From Candidatus Dormiibacterota bacterium (GTDB lineage: Bacteria; Vulcanimicrobiota; Vulcanimicrobiia; Vulcanimicrobiales; SCRA01), in contig DATLUD010000034.1 of assembly GCA_035533275.1 (NCBI GenBank), positions 28,067 to 92,066 on the forward strand: 64,000 bases of DNA, read 5' to 3'. A model generated the notes under the pieces. The model was not told where the DNA came from. It ran no database searches and was given only the letters and a program-made list of their open reading frames with translations. Positions within the stretch are counted from its first letter, which is position 1; every line of letters starts with the position of its first letter. Positions 54,599 through 64,000 of this stretch are shown piece after piece. Both the position numbers and the translations under genes were made by a program.

Positions 54599-54742
54599 GG
54601 CGCGCTCCTCCCTCTCGAGGGACCTGCGGAGCCTCTGTTCTTGGCAACGACGACGTTCATCCTTCCGGTTGATTGCAGCCATCCTCCAACGGTGCTACCT
54701 TCAATCAATCAGATGGAGCCGCGCGGCGAACGGAGAGAGACC

Positions 54743-54952
54743 ATGGCGCAGGAGAAGATCGGATTGTGGGAGTCGGGAGGATGGGCGCGAACATGGCCCG
54801 CCGCCTGCGCCACGCTGGCGCGCGTCATCGCGCTCGCGGAGGCCACCAAGCGCCAGTACGACGTCATGGTCGCGCTCGGACGCGGCGACATCGACACGTC
54901 GGGCATCGCCGAGCTCACGTTCAGGGGACGCCGCACCACGACGCGAGCGTAG
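54743..54952 (+). pseudogene. frameshifted N-terminal remnant of an NAD(P)-binding 6-phosphogluconate / 3-hydroxyacid dehydrogenase-like gene
   Basis: Frame 1 gives MAQEKIG. An alternate frame (54763-54819) gives IVGVGRMGANMARRLRHAG, a Rossmann GxGxxG N-terminus. GC3 switches between frames in exactly this segment. There is no room for a full-length gene before 54994. Confidence 0.4.
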
Positions 54953-54993
54953 AGCGTGGGTAAGGGAAACCTGTTCAGCCGTCTAGGAGACCC

Positions 54994-55602
54994 ATGCCCG
55001 ACGCACCGCGCCTGCCGCTCCTCCCGCTCGCACTCTTCGCCGCGGCCTTCGGCCTCGAGGAGTGCACCGTCGTCGTCTACCTGCGGCATCTGGCATTCCC
55101 GCACGGATATCCCGCCGCGGCCGACGGCCTCATGGCGCACGTGGCCTCGCTCGAGGTCTATCGCCTGGAGATCGCGCGCGAGGCTTCGACCATCGTCACG
55201 CTCGCCGTGCTGGCGTGGTTGAGCGGGCGCAGTGCGCGGCTGCGCTGGCGAGCGTTCCTCTACGCGTTCGGCCTCTGGGACATCGTGTACTACGCCGGCC
55301 TCTGGGCGATCACCGGCTATCCGACGCCGCTCCAGAACGACGTCCTCTTCCTGATACCGGTGCCGTGGGTCGCCCCGGTTTGGGCGGCGCTCGCCTTCGC
55401 CGCTTCATTCGTCGCCCTGGGCGTCCTGGGCTTCGACTCCGGGCGCGCGTGGCTCTTCGCCGGCGGCCTGCTCATGGGCTTTGCTTCCTTCGTCGCGGCG
55501 AACGTGGATGGCGGCGTCGGGTATCCGCTGTGGCTCTTCGTTCCGGCCATCGCGCTCGTGCTCGCCGCGCTCCCGGTCCAAGGTGGGGCGCGCTCCGCGT
55601 GA
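54994..55602 (+). CDS. hypothetical integral membrane protein
   Basis: RBS is taGGAGAccc. 202 aa with about 5 TM segments. Confidence 0.65.
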   Translation: MPDAPRLPLLPLALFAAAFGLEECTVVVYLRHLAFPHGYPAAADGLMAHVASLEVYRLEIAREASTIVTLAVLAWLSGRSARLRWRAFLYAFGLWDIVYYAGLWAITGYPTPLQNDVLFLIPVPWVAPVWAALAFAASFVALGVLGFDSGRAWLFAGGLLMGFASFVAANVDGGVGYPLWLFVPAIALVLAALPVQGGARSA

Positions 55603-55623
55603 GCCGCCCGCCGCGGGCACGCT

Positions 55624-56430
55624 TCAGCGCGCCAAGAAGGCGCGCAGCTCGGCGAGAAAGCGAGCGAAATCCGTGCGGTGGAGGTTGTGCCCCTGGTCGG
55701 CGAAGACGCTGAGCGTCACGTTCGCGCCGCCGTTGCGGCGGACGCGCTCCACGTCGTCCTCGGCGATCACGGAGTCGCCGTTGCCCGCCAGCAGCAGCAG
55801 TAACGGCTTCGGATACCCTTCCGCGACGGGGCGCAGATCCCAGCCCCCCTCGTCGGCGCCGTTGTCGCGCCCCAGATCGGCGATGGCTCGCGCCCGCATG
55901 GCGCGCATGGCGTGGATCTTGCCCTCGACATCGAGCTCATGCCAAGCTCCCGCGAACCGCTCGCGCAGCACGCGCGCGCGCACGTCCGGCGGCAGCGCGA
56001 GATCTGCCTCGGCGTCCTCCGCATAGTCCCGCCGCCAGGCCCCCGGCGCCGGCTCCGGGCGCAGCAGCGGATCGACGGCCACGACGCGCTCGAACGGGAG
56101 CTCGCGGCCGCCGAGCACGGCGACGGCGCCGCCCCACGAGTGACCGAGCAAGGCGTAGGGCGACGCCGGGAGCCCCTCGACGACGCAGCGCAGATCCGCG
56201 ATGGAGCGCGCGAGCGTCATGGGACCCTCCACGTCGGCGGCATCTCCGTGGCCGCGCTGGTCGTAGGCGTAGAGGCGATACGTGCCGCTCAGCGCCTCTC
56301 CCAGGCGCCGCCATGCCTTGCGCGAGCTGGTGATTCCGTGCACGGCCACCACGCACGGGCCGCGATCTCCCCACTCCTCGAGCGTCGTCTCGCGGCCGTC
56401 GTCCAGTCGAACCTTTCGTTCCACTCGCAT
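55624..56430 (-). CDS. alpha/beta-fold hydrolase
   Basis: Start at MRVERKV after GGAGGG. Has HGITSS, the nucleophile elbow GHSWGG, and a C-terminal His (DQGHNLH). Confidence 0.8.
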   Translation of the reverse strand: MRVERKVRLDDGRETTLEEWGDRGPCVVAVHGITSSRKAWRRLGEALSGTYRLYAYDQRGHGDAADVEGPMTLARSIADLRCVVEGLPASPYALLGHSWGGAVAVLGGRELPFERVVAVDPLLRPEPAPGAWRRDYAEDAEADLALPPDVRARVLRERFAGAWHELDVEGKIHAMRAMRARAIADLGRDNGADEGGWDLRPVAEGYPKPLLLLLAGNGDSVIAEDDVERVRRNGGANVTLSVFADQGHNLHRTDFARFLAELRAFLAR

Positions 56431-56438
56431 CCCTCCGG

Positions 56439-57074
56439 TCACACCAGCGTGACTTTGCCGCTGCGCAGATCGTAGACCCCTGCGGCCACGCCCAGCGCGC
56501 CGGCGCCGACGGCCTCCGCCACGATCGCGGACCGCGCGCGCAGCTTCGCGGCGTTCATGCGCGCGTTCTCCACCACCGCCCGCTCGATCCAGTCGCCTTC
56601 CCCGCGCTCGACGGCGCGCGCCGCCGGCTCGATCGCATCGACCAGGCGCTGGATGTAACCTGGTTGGCGGACCGCGTCGCGCACATAGCTCACCGCCGCC
56701 GTCACGGCGCCGCACGACGAATGGCCGAGCACGAGGATCAGCGATGCCTTGAGCACGGCCACCGCGTACTCGATCGACCCCATCGCGTCCTCGTCGGCGA
56801 TGTTTCCCGCCAGCCGCACGACGAAGACGTTGCCGGGCTCTTGATCGAAGATCGTCTCGACCGGCACGCGCGAGTCCGCGCAGCCCAAGACCACGGCGAA
56901 CGGCTCCTGCCGGTTGGCCAGCGCGACGCGGCTGGCCGTGTGCGGCTGCGCCCTCGGCGTGCCCTCCGCGAAGCGCGCATTCCCATCCAGCAAGGAACGC
57001 AGCCCGCGACGCGAGGCGGGCGGCAGCGCCGCGCTCGCCTCGGCGGCCGCGCCCGTGTGGTCGTCTGACATCAT
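56439..57074 (-). CDS. beta-class carbonic anhydrase
   Basis: Has LGCADSRVP and GHSSCGAV zinc-ligand motifs. 211 aa. Confidence 0.9.
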   Translation of the reverse strand: MMSDDHTGAAAEASAALPPASRRGLRSLLDGNARFAEGTPRAQPHTASRVALANRQEPFAVVLGCADSRVPVETIFDQEPGNVFVVRLAGNIADEDAMGSIEYAVAVLKASLILVLGHSSCGAVTAAVSYVRDAVRQPGYIQRLVDAIEPAARAVERGEGDWIERAVVENARMNAAKLRARSAIVAEAVGAGALGVAAGVYDLRSGKVTLV

Positions 57075-57077
57075 GCT

Positions 57078-57878
57078 CTATTCTTTCGTCTGCGGTGCGA
57101 TGACGAGGGGCGAGCCCAGCGTGACCTCGAACCTGCGCTTGCGGCGCTCCATCAGGAGCGTGTGCGGCAGTCCGTCGTACGCCCGGCGCTCCGTCTGGAA
57201 GGTCCCGTACTCCCACCAGAACTTGCCGTCGAGCTTCACCAATACGTCGCCGGTACGGATGCCGGCCTGCCACGCGGGGCCGCCCGGGCGCGCCGCCACG
57301 TGCATCCGACCGTCCGGCGTCTTGAAAAAGGCGTAGAGGTAGGTGGGCGGATCGCCCGGCAGCACGCCCAGCCCGTCGGCGAAGAGCCGCCGCGCGCGCT
57401 CGGCGTGGCGATGAGCCCAGACATCCGCATCCGTCGCGGCGTGGCGGGCCAGCGTCCGCAGGGCGTGAACCACCTCCCCTCGTCCGGCGTCGGGAGGCAG
57501 GAGGCGCTGCGAGGTCCACTGGTCCACCTCCCAGCCGGCACAGTCGACGAGATCGAAGGTCACCTCCACCAGCACGCCGTCGTCGTAGCGCGTGTCGTCG
57601 GCGGCGATGCGCGCATCGGCGGCGAAAGGCTTGGCGCGGCAGTCGCTCGCGGCGGCGTCTCCGTCGTACGGCAACGGGCGCACGTCCGTCCATGTCTGGC
57701 CGACGGCGCGCTCCGCCTCGCGCGCCGCCACTCGCGCGTCGGCGCCGCCCACGGGCGTGATCGCCAAGGCGTGCGCCGCGGCCAAGGGCGCCAGCAAGCC
57801 GGGGTATTCGGCCGTCAAGGCGGGTGGCGCGGCGATGGCCGCCGCCAGCAGCAACGCCGCGATCACAGGCGCAGCCAC
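57078..57878 (-). CDS. secreted PDZ-domain protein
   Basis: Only the C-terminal third of the 689-aa ORF is plausible. GTG start at 57878 (or 57866, which gives a GTGA overlap). Hydrophobic N-terminus. PDZ-like GGPAWQAGIRTGDVLVKLDG. Confidence 0.55.
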   Translation of the reverse strand: MAAPVIAALLLAAAIAAPPALTAEYPGLLAPLAAAHALAITPVGGADARVAAREAERAVGQTWTDVRPLPYDGDAAASDCRAKPFAADARIAADDTRYDDGVLVEVTFDLVDCAGWEVDQWTSQRLLPPDAGRGEVVHALRTLARHAATDADVWAHRHAERARRLFADGLGVLPGDPPTYLYAFFKTPDGRMHVAARPGGPAWQAGIRTGDVLVKLDGKFWWEYGTFQTERRAYDGLPHTLLMERRKRRFEVTLGSPLVIAPQTKE

Positions 57879-59131
57879 GCCGCGGCCGCGACCGCGACGG
57901 CGATCGCCGCGGCCGTCTGGAACGGCAGGGTCAGCTTGGTGATGGTCTCGACCTCCACGCCCACCTGATTGGCCACCCAGACGTTCTGCGTGTTGGTGGG
58001 ATCGCAGACGTTCTGCACCTGCACCACGGCCAGCACCGCGGCGGCCAGCGCCACGGGCGGGAGCGCTCCTTGCTGTGCCAGCACGGCGAAGATCGCCACG
58101 CCCACGCCCACCGGGTTGAGCGGGCCCCGGTAGAGCGCCAGCGGCGAGAGGACGCCGAAGAGCGCGACATAGGCGAGAGCGTGGTGCGGCGCGATGCGCG
58201 CGACCACCGGCGCCAGCGCGGCGTGCACCTGAGGGAGCGCCGCCACCTGGAGCAGCATGCCGATGCCGATCATCAAGAACACGGCGGGCGCCACGTCCTC
58301 GATGCCGCGCACGGCGCCCGAGACCAGCGTCTGCACGGCGTCGCGCGGGCGCACCACCAACGCGGCATAGACCGCCGCGATGAGGAAGGCCGGCACCGGC
58401 CCCCAGGCGCCCCAGCGAAAGACCAGGATCAGGATCAGCGGGAGCACGGGCGCGATCAGCGCCGGCCACGGCACGGCGGGCGCCGCCGAGGCGAACGGGT
58501 CGTCGAGCGCCAGGCGCGCGAAGCCACGCTCCCGGCGCGCGCTCACGAACAGGAAGGCGGCCACGGCGGCGGCGGCCGGCACGAAGACCATGGGCGCGAG
58601 CGAGGCGAACGCCTGCGTGGGAGCGCCGACGATGCCGCCGTAGAGCGTCCACAGCGCGACGTTGAACGTGGCGCCCAGCGCGAAGAACATCAGAAAGGCG
58701 GCGGCGGCCGTCTCGCGGCGCACGCCCACGGAGAGCATCACGGGGAGCGCGATGCCTCCCACCATCACGATCGCCCCGAGGCCCGTCAACGTGGTGAAAA
58801 GCGCTGCGACGGCCAGGCCGACGGAGACCACCACGGCGTACGGGCGGTCGCCGCCGAACTCCGCCGCGCGCGAGACCAGATACTCCGCGATGCCGGTGCG
58901 CATGGTGACGCGCCCGAGCAAGGCGCCGAAGATCACCGCGACGTACGCCGGGGCGATCTTGCCGGAGGCGCCCTCGCCCAAGGCCTGCAGCAGCGCGTGA
59001 ACCGGCACCCCCGACGCGAGCCCCGCGGCCACGGCCACCAGCGGCACGGCCAACAGCGCCGGAAGCGCTCGCCGCCACATGAGCACGGCGGCCAGCGCGA
59101 AGATGGCCACGAGCGCGGCGCCGGCGATCAT
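57863..59131 (-). CDS. multi-pass permease, ion-transporter superfamily (GntP/CitMHS/DcuC-like; family uncertain)
   Basis: Start at MIAGAALVAIF in an ATGA overlap with the GH20 stop. 422 aa with 10 or more TM segments. Has a conserved-looking CDPTNTQNVWVA loop. Confidence 0.7.
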   Translation of the reverse strand: MIAGAALVAIFALAAVLMWRRALPALLAVPLVAVAAGLASGVPVHALLQALGEGASGKIAPAYVAVIFGALLGRVTMRTGIAEYLVSRAAEFGGDRPYAVVVSVGLAVAALFTTLTGLGAIVMVGGIALPVMLSVGVRRETAAAAFLMFFALGATFNVALWTLYGGIVGAPTQAFASLAPMVFVPAAAAVAAFLFVSARRERGFARLALDDPFASAAPAVPWPALIAPVLPLILILVFRWGAWGPVPAFLIAAVYAALVVRPRDAVQTLVSGAVRGIEDVAPAVFLMIGIGMLLQVAALPQVHAALAPVVARIAPHHALAYVALFGVLSPLALYRGPLNPVGVGVAIFAVLAQQGALPPVALAAAVLAVVQVQNVCDPTNTQNVWVANQVGVEVETITKLTLPFQTAAAIAVAVAAAAWLRL

Positions 59132-61209
59132 GGTCCCTCGTTCCCAACGGCGAGCCGCGCGAAGAGCTCGGAGCGCGGCGGAAGCGTGTGTCCCTCGCGG
59201 TAGTAGCGCTCGCGCGTGACGACCTGCATGCGGTCGACCATGCTCAGCACCTTGGCGCGCCACTCGTCGTAGCGCGCCAGCACGTTGGGCAGATAGGCGG
59301 GGCGGCACTCCACGCCCCAGGCGCGGGCGTAGGCGGCGCGGATCGCCGTGAGGTCGTCGCGCCACTCCCAGAGCAGATAGCGGGCGAGGAAGAGGTCGTG
59401 AAAGACGCGGCCGTCGTCCTTGCCCGCGTGCGCCTGCGCATCGGCGTAGTAGGCGTCGAACTCGCGCGCGATCTGGAACTTGCGCCCCAAGAAGTCATAC
59501 CGCATGGCGGCCACCCGCATCGCCGGCAACGCGTCGCCGTGGAGCGGCGGCGGCTGCGGATGGGTCTCCAGATCGTGGAGGACACGCTCGGCGTCCAGGC
59601 GCAGCTTGGGCACGTCGATCTGCGCGAAGACGCGCCGCTGCACGCGGAACGGATCGACCCAGAAGAGGTAGTTCGAGGGATCGGTGGGCTTGGTCAGCAG
59701 GTCGTCTTGGGCGGCTCGCAGTCCGTCGATGTCCCCCACCAGACGCTGGTCGCGCGTGCCGAAGAACGCCCAGGCGAAGCGCGCGTGGAACGCTTGCGCA
59801 TCGATGGGCGCCGGCTGCCACGCGGCGGAGAGGGCGAAGAGCACGGGATACCACGTGTTCGAGAAGAGGCTCTGGCCGTCGTCGTGCCAGACCGTCTCGA
59901 GCATGCCGATGACACCGGGCGTGGCTTGGCCGTCGCGCACGAACACCGAGGCATTGGCGTCGGCGGCGGTGAGATTCGCGTAGATCTGCCCCCAGTCGCT
60001 CGCTCCCGGCGCCACCAGCTGCTCGACGCCCGCCGCGGCGAAGGGCTCGAGGTACTTCGTGTACGAGGGCTCGGGGCCGTAATGCCAATTGGCGACGACC
60101 GCGTCCTTGGGCAGGCTCGCGATGGCCGAGGGGTGGGCCAGCAGCACGTCGCCCCAGATCACGGGGCGCATGCCCATGGCACGCACGGCGGAGAAGAGCG
60201 GCGCGTAGTATCCGAGATACATCGCGTCGTGCCCCTCGCGCGCCAGCAGCGCCGCCGATCGCCCCGTGCCTACCAGGTTAGGCTCATCACCGCCCAGGTG
60301 GAAGAACGGCGTGCGCCCGCGCACCTGCGCCCCCTCCTCCTCGACCAACTGCTTGACGAACGCGCCCGCCGCGGGGACCGCCGGCGCGAGCACGTAGTCG
60401 TGCGGCAGCTCCGCGAGGGGCTCGTAGCGCTCGTACGAGAGCGCCCGGTGCATGTGCCCGAGCGTCTCCTGCTCCGGCATGAGCGCCACGTGGAAGCGCG
60501 CCGCGTAGCGCGAGAGCTCGCGCAGCTCGCGAGGCGTGACGGCGTCGGGCGGCGATGGCAGCGGATGCTCGGGGTCGCGGAACGCGCTCTCGAAGTAGAG
60601 CGAGTAGAGATTGCCCTTGAAGGCGGCCACCGCGCGGATGCGCTCGCGGAAGAACGTCATGGTCGGTATGGGGCCGCGCGAGACGTCGTCGGAGAGGCCG
60701 CGCCAGCGCATCGCCGGCCAGTCGACGACGCGCACGCCGGGAAGGCACCATCCGCCGCCCGATGCCGGCCGCGGTAGCTGGGCGAGGGTCATCAGGCCGT
60801 AGAAGCGGCCCGCCGCGGTGTCCGCTTCGATGCGGGCGCCGCCGCGCTCGACGCGCAGCGCGTAGCCCTCGGCGCCAAGGCGCTCGCGCAGCGCCGCGTC
60901 CGCGCCGCGCAGCGCGGAGACGGTGATCACGGCGCCGCCCGCGCGCGAGGGGATGCCCAGCGTGCGCCAACGGTGGCCGAGGATCTCCAACGCCCCCGGC
61001 TCAGCCGGCACGCCCTCGAAGCGGATGGCGTAACCGGGGAGCGGCGCGTCACAGCGTGCGTCGCCGTGAACCTCGCGCGGGATGGGCAGCACCGAGAGCC
61101 CCGCGGATGGCTGCGCCGGCTGCGCCGCGGCGAGCGAGCCGATCGTCGTGGCGGCTAGGATCGCCGCCGCCGCAAGACCCGCGACGCCGTTACGCGCGCT
61201 TCTCCCCAC
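59128..61209 (-). CDS. GH20-family beta-N-acetylhexosaminidase-like protein, secreted
   Basis: Signal-like N-terminus. Has RGLSDDVSRG and the catalytic-region motif FFHLGGDEP. 693 aa. Confidence 0.8.
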   Translation of the reverse strand: MGRSARNGVAGLAAAAILAATTIGSLAAAQPAQPSAGLSVLPIPREVHGDARCDAPLPGYAIRFEGVPAEPGALEILGHRWRTLGIPSRAGGAVITVSALRGADAALRERLGAEGYALRVERGGARIEADTAAGRFYGLMTLAQLPRPASGGGWCLPGVRVVDWPAMRWRGLSDDVSRGPIPTMTFFRERIRAVAAFKGNLYSLYFESAFRDPEHPLPSPPDAVTPRELRELSRYAARFHVALMPEQETLGHMHRALSYERYEPLAELPHDYVLAPAVPAAGAFVKQLVEEEGAQVRGRTPFFHLGGDEPNLVGTGRSAALLAREGHDAMYLGYYAPLFSAVRAMGMRPVIWGDVLLAHPSAIASLPKDAVVANWHYGPEPSYTKYLEPFAAAGVEQLVAPGASDWGQIYANLTAADANASVFVRDGQATPGVIGMLETVWHDDGQSLFSNTWYPVLFALSAAWQPAPIDAQAFHARFAWAFFGTRDQRLVGDIDGLRAAQDDLLTKPTDPSNYLFWVDPFRVQRRVFAQIDVPKLRLDAERVLHDLETHPQPPPLHGDALPAMRVAAMRYDFLGRKFQIAREFDAYYADAQAHAGKDDGRVFHDLFLARYLLWEWRDDLTAIRAAYARAWGVECRPAYLPNVLARYDEWRAKVLSMVDRMQVVTRERYYREGHTLPPRSELFARLAVGNEGP

Positions 61210-62383
61210 GCTCTCTCACGTACTCGCAGAGCCGTCCGACGCCCTCGCGCAGGTCGTCGTCGGAGCTGGCGAGGCTGATGCGCACCGCGCCCGACGCCAC
61301 CTGTCCAAAGGCACTCCCCGGCGCCACCGCCACGGCGCGCTCGCGCAGCATGTCGAGCGCGAACTCGCGTGAGTCCAGGCCGCTGGGCGAGACGTCGGCC
61401 ATGGCGTAGAAGGCGCCCGTGGGCACGGCCGTGAGCAGACCGCGCGCGCGCAAGATCTCCACGACGATGTCGCGGCGGCGGCGATAGGCGGCGTTCATCT
61501 CCGCGACCGCCTCCTGCGGCCCCGTCAGCGCCTCCTCCGCGGCCTTCTGCGAGACGGTGGCGGCGCACGAGCAGAGCGACTCCAGCACCTTGGCCATCGT
61601 GTCGATGAGCGGCGCGGGGGCGACGGCGTAGCCCAGGCGCCAGCCCGTCATCGCGTAGGTCTTCGAGAACGTGTAGACGCTGATGATCGGCGCGTCGGGC
61701 GCACGCGACGCCGGGCTGAAGGGGGCGCCGTCGAGCAGAATCTGATCGTAGCACTCGTCGCTCAACAGCCAAACACCGCGGCTGCGCGCAAGCTCCACCA
61801 TGGCCTCGATCTTGGCGCGCTCCCAGACCACCCCGGTGGGATTGTTGGGGCTGTTGATCACGATCAGCTTGGTGCGCGGCGTGATCTGCGCGGCCAGGTG
61901 CTCGACGTCGGGCTGGAAGCCCGATGCCGCCGGGCAGCGGTAGGTCTTCAGCTGCGCGTGCGTCCAGGCGCACATGATGCGGAAGTTGGGCCATGCCGGG
62001 TCGGGGAGGAGCACCTCGTCGCCGGGCTCGACGAGCGAGGCGAAGGCCGCCGCGATAACCCCGACGCCCCCGATGCCGACGGTGATCTGCTCGTCGCGCG
62101 CGGCGATGCCGTTGACGCGCGCCAGCTTGGCGATCAGCGCCTCGCGCAGCGTCGGGATGCCGCGCGTGGGCGTGTAGCATGTCCAGCCGTCGTCGATCGC
62201 GCGCTTGGCGGCCTCACAGATGTTGGCCGGCGTGCGGAAGTCGGGCTGGCCCACCTCGAGGCGGATGGCCCCGGGCATCTCGAGCGCGAGGTTGGCGACC
62301 TCGCGGATGCCGGAGTGGGCGGTCTCGGCGCAGGCGTGCGAGAGCGGCGGGAGGATGGAGAGTCCGTCGGGAGTGGGCGTCAT
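61190..62383 (-). CDS. class I/II pyridoxal-phosphate aminotransferase (aspartate aminotransferase-like)
   Basis: Start at MTPTPDGL. Has INSPNNPTG and the PLP lysine region YTFSKTYAMTGWRLGY. The upstream part of the 925-aa ORF is antisense to the symporter and was rejected. Confidence 0.9.
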   Translation of the reverse strand: MTPTPDGLSILPPLSHACAETAHSGIREVANLALEMPGAIRLEVGQPDFRTPANICEAAKRAIDDGWTCYTPTRGIPTLREALIAKLARVNGIAARDEQITVGIGGVGVIAAAFASLVEPGDEVLLPDPAWPNFRIMCAWTHAQLKTYRCPAASGFQPDVEHLAAQITPRTKLIVINSPNNPTGVVWERAKIEAMVELARSRGVWLLSDECYDQILLDGAPFSPASRAPDAPIISVYTFSKTYAMTGWRLGYAVAPAPLIDTMAKVLESLCSCAATVSQKAAEEALTGPQEAVAEMNAAYRRRRDIVVEILRARGLLTAVPTGAFYAMADVSPSGLDSREFALDMLRERAVAVAPGSAFGQVASGAVRISLASSDDDLREGVGRLCEYVRERGEKRA

Positions 62384-62446
62384 CACGGACGTCTGCTTCG
62401 CGCCCGGGCAGGATGTTCCCCGAGGACCGCCGCCGAACCGAGGCCC

Positions 62447-64000
<1,554 letters not shown>

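Overview
High-GC (about 70%) bacterial chromosomal segment, densely packed with about 65 supportable protein-coding genes and no gaps over about 270 bp. I found no rRNA, tRNA, CRISPR array, integrase, transposase or prophage signature.

Content is mostly housekeeping and metabolic:
- Start of window: an osmoprotectant-type ABC transporter, then ppk1 plus an EgtD-family methyltransferase, lipid glycosyltransferase, SDR, methyltransferase and LuxR genes.
- A glutaryl-CoA dehydrogenase, FAH and HMGL-like block.
- A form-II CoxS-L-M molybdoenzyme locus with divergent coxD/coxE/xdhC/coxG accessory genes.
- An AdnAB/AddAB-like pair of helicase-nucleases.
- A respiratory island: ctaA, ctaB, an SCO protein, and ctaC-D-E for a caa3-type oxidase.
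- Two minus-strand amino-sugar or glycan-related operons (hydantoinase-like, FAD oxidoreductase, BadF kinase and NanE; then aminotransferase, GH20 and a permease), and a sodium:solute symporter running off the 3' edge.

Many long ORFs in the six-frame track are antisense or out-of-frame artefacts of GC-rich DNA, and I rejected them.

No recognisable defence or mobile system is present. The most unusual signal is non-coding: a roughly 115-nt structured element present twice (14181-14293 and 42838-42952). In both places it fills a gap between convergent genes. The two copies have identical sequence blocks, and their two hairpin stems differ only by compensatory substitutions. All four apical loops carry GGA.

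Other points of note:
- A six-gene operon chained by start/stop overlaps, with a miniature HExxH protein embedded in it.
- HD and PEBP genes chained to the cox genes.
- An orphan egtD joined to ppk.
- A candidate leaderless coxG.
- Three decayed gene remnants.

All functional calls rest on motif recognition by eye. No database search was run.
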